Shown in pieces: positions 61,708-64,000 of a stretch of 64,000 bases of DNA; position 1 is the stretch's first letter; each line of letters begins with the position of its first letter. This DNA is from a virus (lineage: Duplodnaviria; Caudoviricetes), in the IMG/VR virus record IMGVR_UViG_3300003320_000653, positions 6,074 through 70,073 of that record, one strand, 5' to 3'. The notes under the pieces are model-generated. The model was not told where the DNA came from, ran no database searches, and saw only the letters and a list, made by a program, of their open reading frames with translations. Position numbers and translations under genes: made by a program.

Positions 61708-62511
61708 TTAACTCCAGAGTGATTGTTTGCGGACTCCGTCGGGTCTGAAAGGCGCGGCGGCCTTGGCTTCGCTGACGGCCTTGAAGAAAGTCACGTTGCA
61801 TACGGCACGGTGGTAGTAGTGCTCGGCGACTTCCGCGTAGGTCTTCCCGCAGACGGCCAGCCAGCGGTCGACGATAGCGCGCATGGCTGGGCTCAGCTCC
61901 GTGGCGCCGCGCTGGTTGCTGACGGCCACCGTCATCGGCGTTTCGTCGAAGACGAACTCCCCGCCGCGCATGGCAGGCAGGAGAATGCCGCCATTGGCCG
62001 TTGCCTGGATCCACGACGTCGAGTCGACGCTATACCAGGGATAGCGGAAGATCAGGGAGACCGACGTCATGCCGAAACCATGCGTCTTGACCAAAGGCTT
62101 GCCATCGGCGTCTGTGATGCGCTTGAAGAGGCGGTCGAGCCAGAACTTGCGCATGGCACCGGGCACGCCTACAAGGCCCCCAATGCCGATGTAGTCGCAG
62201 CCGTAGTCGAGCATGCGCTGCAGGAAAGCAAAGTCCTCGCCGTAGTGGTAGACGGGCAGCGGGTCGAGGCCCTCGGCCTTCATATAGAGATAGTTCTGCC
62301 ATGTGGCTTCGGCGGCCTCCTGGCGCTGGCGCTCGGTGGCTGCCTTGCCTGGAGACCCTGGGATCACGTCCAGGCAGGCGTAGACTTCGATGTGCTCGAT
62401 GTTGGCCTTGATGAAGGCGCAATACTCATCGATGTCGATGGCCGTGCCCCGACTCCAAGCCGAGTAGGCCCCGCTATCGAGGAAAAAACTGAACTCGCTT
62501 GGGTCGATCAC
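61708..62511 (-). CDS. dpdA: phage DNA 7-deazaguanine transglycosylase (TGT-like), N-terminally truncated
   Basis: FLDSGAYSAW..G..IDIDEY, LDVIPG, PVYHYGE, IGIGGLV, HGFG.T, PWYSVDSTSW. Confidence 0.9.
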   Translation of the reverse strand: MIDPSEFSFFLDSGAYSAWSRGTAIDIDEYCAFIKANIEHIEVYACLDVIPGSPGKAATERQRQEAAEATWQNYLYMKAEGLDPLPVYHYGEDFAFLQRMLDYGCDYIGIGGLVGVPGAMRKFWLDRLFKRITDADGKPLVKTHGFGMTSVSLIFRYPWYSVDSTSWIQATANGGILLPAMRGGEFVFDETPMTVAVSNQRGATELSPAMRAIVDRWLAVCGKTYAEVAEHYYHRAVCNVTFFKAVSEAKAAAPFRPDGVRKQSLWS

Positions 62512-62514
62512 AAT

Positions 62515-63132
62515 TCAGCCCTTTCCCGTGACGTAAGCCAAGAACTCGGCTCTGGCGGCTGGTTGGTCCTTGATGGCGCCGCGAAGCGCCGAGGTGATCG
62601 TCGAGGATCCCTGTTTCTTGATGCCACGCGAGCACATGCAAAAGTGCTTGGCTTCGATCATGACGCCCACGCCGATGGGGTTGAGGTGTTCGACGAGGGC
62701 ATCGGCGATCTGATTCGTGATGCGCTCTTGCACCTGGAGGCGAAGGGCGAAGACATCGGCGAGCCTGGCGAGCTTCGAGAGGCCCACGATGCGCCCATTC
62801 GGGATGTAGGCGATGTGAGCCACGCCGAAGAAGGGCGCCAGATGATGCTCACAATGACTGTAGATCTCGATATCCTTTTGCACGACCATCTCGTCCACGC
62901 CTTCAGCGCCGTCCTCGAAAGTCTTGAGGACTTCGGCGGGATCCTGCGAGTAGCCTGCCGTCCATTCGGCCCATGCCTTGGAAACGCGCATAGGCGTTTC
63001 CAGTAGGCCTGGGCGTCGGTGATCCTCGCCGATGGCAACGAGGAGTTGCTTGATGGCCCCGGCCGCAACGCTCAGGGCTGCGCCCTCCATGACTGGGGCA
63101 AAGCGCTTGTAGGCGCCAACTTCTTTCACCAT
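62515..63132 (-). CDS. folE: GTP cyclohydrolase I
   Basis: R.GLLETP.RV, SHCEHHLAPF.G.AHIAY.P, GLSKLARL, RLQVQE, H.CM.SRG. Confidence 0.95.
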   Translation of the reverse strand: MVKEVGAYKRFAPVMEGAALSVAAGAIKQLLVAIGEDHRRPGLLETPMRVSKAWAEWTAGYSQDPAEVLKTFEDGAEGVDEMVVQKDIEIYSHCEHHLAPFFGVAHIAYIPNGRIVGLSKLARLADVFALRLQVQERITNQIADALVEHLNPIGVGVMIEAKHFCMCSRGIKKQGSSTITSALRGAIKDQPAARAEFLAYVTGKG

Positions 63133-63145
63133 GTCTTGCTTTCCT

Positions 63146-64000
63146 TTAGCCTTGCGGCAGGGCTTCGAGGAGGCCGATACGGCGCAGGGTCTCGGCTTGG
63201 TTGCGGATGGCATCGACCAGGGGCACGCGTGCCCCTGCGCCGATGTAGTCGCGGCGGAAACCATTGTAGTTGCTCGTCGCTGGGAGCTGCTCTTCGCTGA
63301 GCGCGCCTTCGAGATATGCGCGGATCACAAGCGGGTCCGGGAGCGATGTCTGCGAAAAGCCATAGGCGCGCAGCACGCTGGCGTGATCCTTGCCGGTCGG
63401 CGGGTACTGGCCGTCGTAGGCCGTGTGGCTGAAGGCCAGCCAGGCGAGCTTGTCCACGCCCAGCCGCAGGAGCTGTTGGATGCTCTCGGCCTTGCTGAGG
63501 TTCATGAGGGGCGTGAGAAGGCTGATGAAGCGCACGTCGGCAAAGTCGTAGCCCATGGCCTCGTTGATGGTCTTCTCCTGGGCTTGGATGAACTCGAGGC
63601 GGCAGTCCGGGTAGTTGGCGTTGTCGGCCTGACAGACGCCCGTCATCATCATCGTGGCGCCCATTGCCGCTGCCCGGTTGGCGGCCAGCGTGAGGAAGAG
63701 CGCATTGCGCATCGGCACGAAAGTCTTCTCCACACGGTCGCCGATCGTAGCCTCCATGCTCGCGTGATCGGCGTAGGTCTCCAGCTCCTCGCCCGGATTG
63801 GTCAGCGGGCTCATGCCGGCCAGGGCGGGCACTTGGCAGACCTCGAAGCCATTGGTGCCAGCCAGAGCCGCCACCATTTTCGCGCTCTGGATCTCACGGC
63901 TGTGGCGCTGGTTGTAGTCGAAGCAGATGGCATGCACTTCGTCGCAGACGCCGCGCGAGCGCATGTCCGTGGCGATGGCAAGGCAGGTCGTGGAATCCTG
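63146..64000 (-). CDS. queC: 7-cyano-7-deazaguanine synthase (5' end beyond window)
   Basis: QDSTTCL, FDYNQRH..E, TFVP.RNALFL, GV...D...YPDCR.EFI, TPLM.LSKA. Confidence 0.92.
   Translation of the reverse strand, partial: QDSTTCLAIATDMRSRGVCDEVHAICFDYNQRHSREIQSAKMVAALAGTNGFEVCQVPALAGMSPLTNPGEELETYADHASMEATIGDRVEKTFVPMRNALFLTLAANRAAAMGATMMMTGVCQADNANYPDCRLEFIQAQEKTINEAMGYDFADVRFISLLTPLMNLSKAESIQQLLRLGVDKLAWLAFSHTAYDGQYPPTGKDHASVLRAYGFSQTSLPDPLVIRAYLEGALSEEQLPATSNYNGFRRDYIGAGARVPLVDAIRNQAETLRRIGLLEALPQG

Noticed and set aside
1-64000. Integrase, repressor-antirepressor switch, tRNA genes, introns/inteins
   Set aside because: No tyrosine/serine recombinase motifs, no cloverleaf recognised in intergenic gaps, and terminase, polymerase and RecA have normal lengths without Hint motifs. 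A computational tRNA scan was not possible.

Overview
The window is most of a GC-rich tailed dsDNA phage genome, cut at both ends. It has a contractile-tail (myovirus-type) virion module with DUF1073 portal, DUF2213 protease, DUF2184 capsid, DUF3383 sheath and J-type baseplate. Layout: (i) 1-4.5 kb, minus strand: DnaB-like helicase, 5'-3' exonuclease, HNH, queE. (ii) 4.6-17.2 kb, plus strand: early/accessory genes (HTH protein, ParB-like, DUF932, queD, NUDIX, Q-like regulator, many small ORFs) behind repeated sigma70-like promoters that carry a shared palindrome. (iii) 17.4-43.5 kb, plus strand: packaging, head, tail and lysis genes, including an Acb1-like anti-CBASS phosphodiesterase. (iv) 43.5-64 kb, minus strand: SbcCD, PAPS-reductase-like protein, RuvC, J-domain protein, a two-gene secreted-protein cassette, RecA, SSB, UvsY-like, clamp loader, UDG-fused Pol A, beta-clamp, then a 7-deazaguanine DNA-modification operon (queC, folE, dpdA). 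The most striking observation is that DpdA lacks the usual N-terminal 'xYLAG...LxSF/Y' strands, while three small paralogous ORFs downstream in the same operon each encode that missing element. This suggests a split, modular transglycosylase. All family assignments come from motif recognition by eye; no database searches were run. No integrase, tRNA or CRISPR array was recognised.
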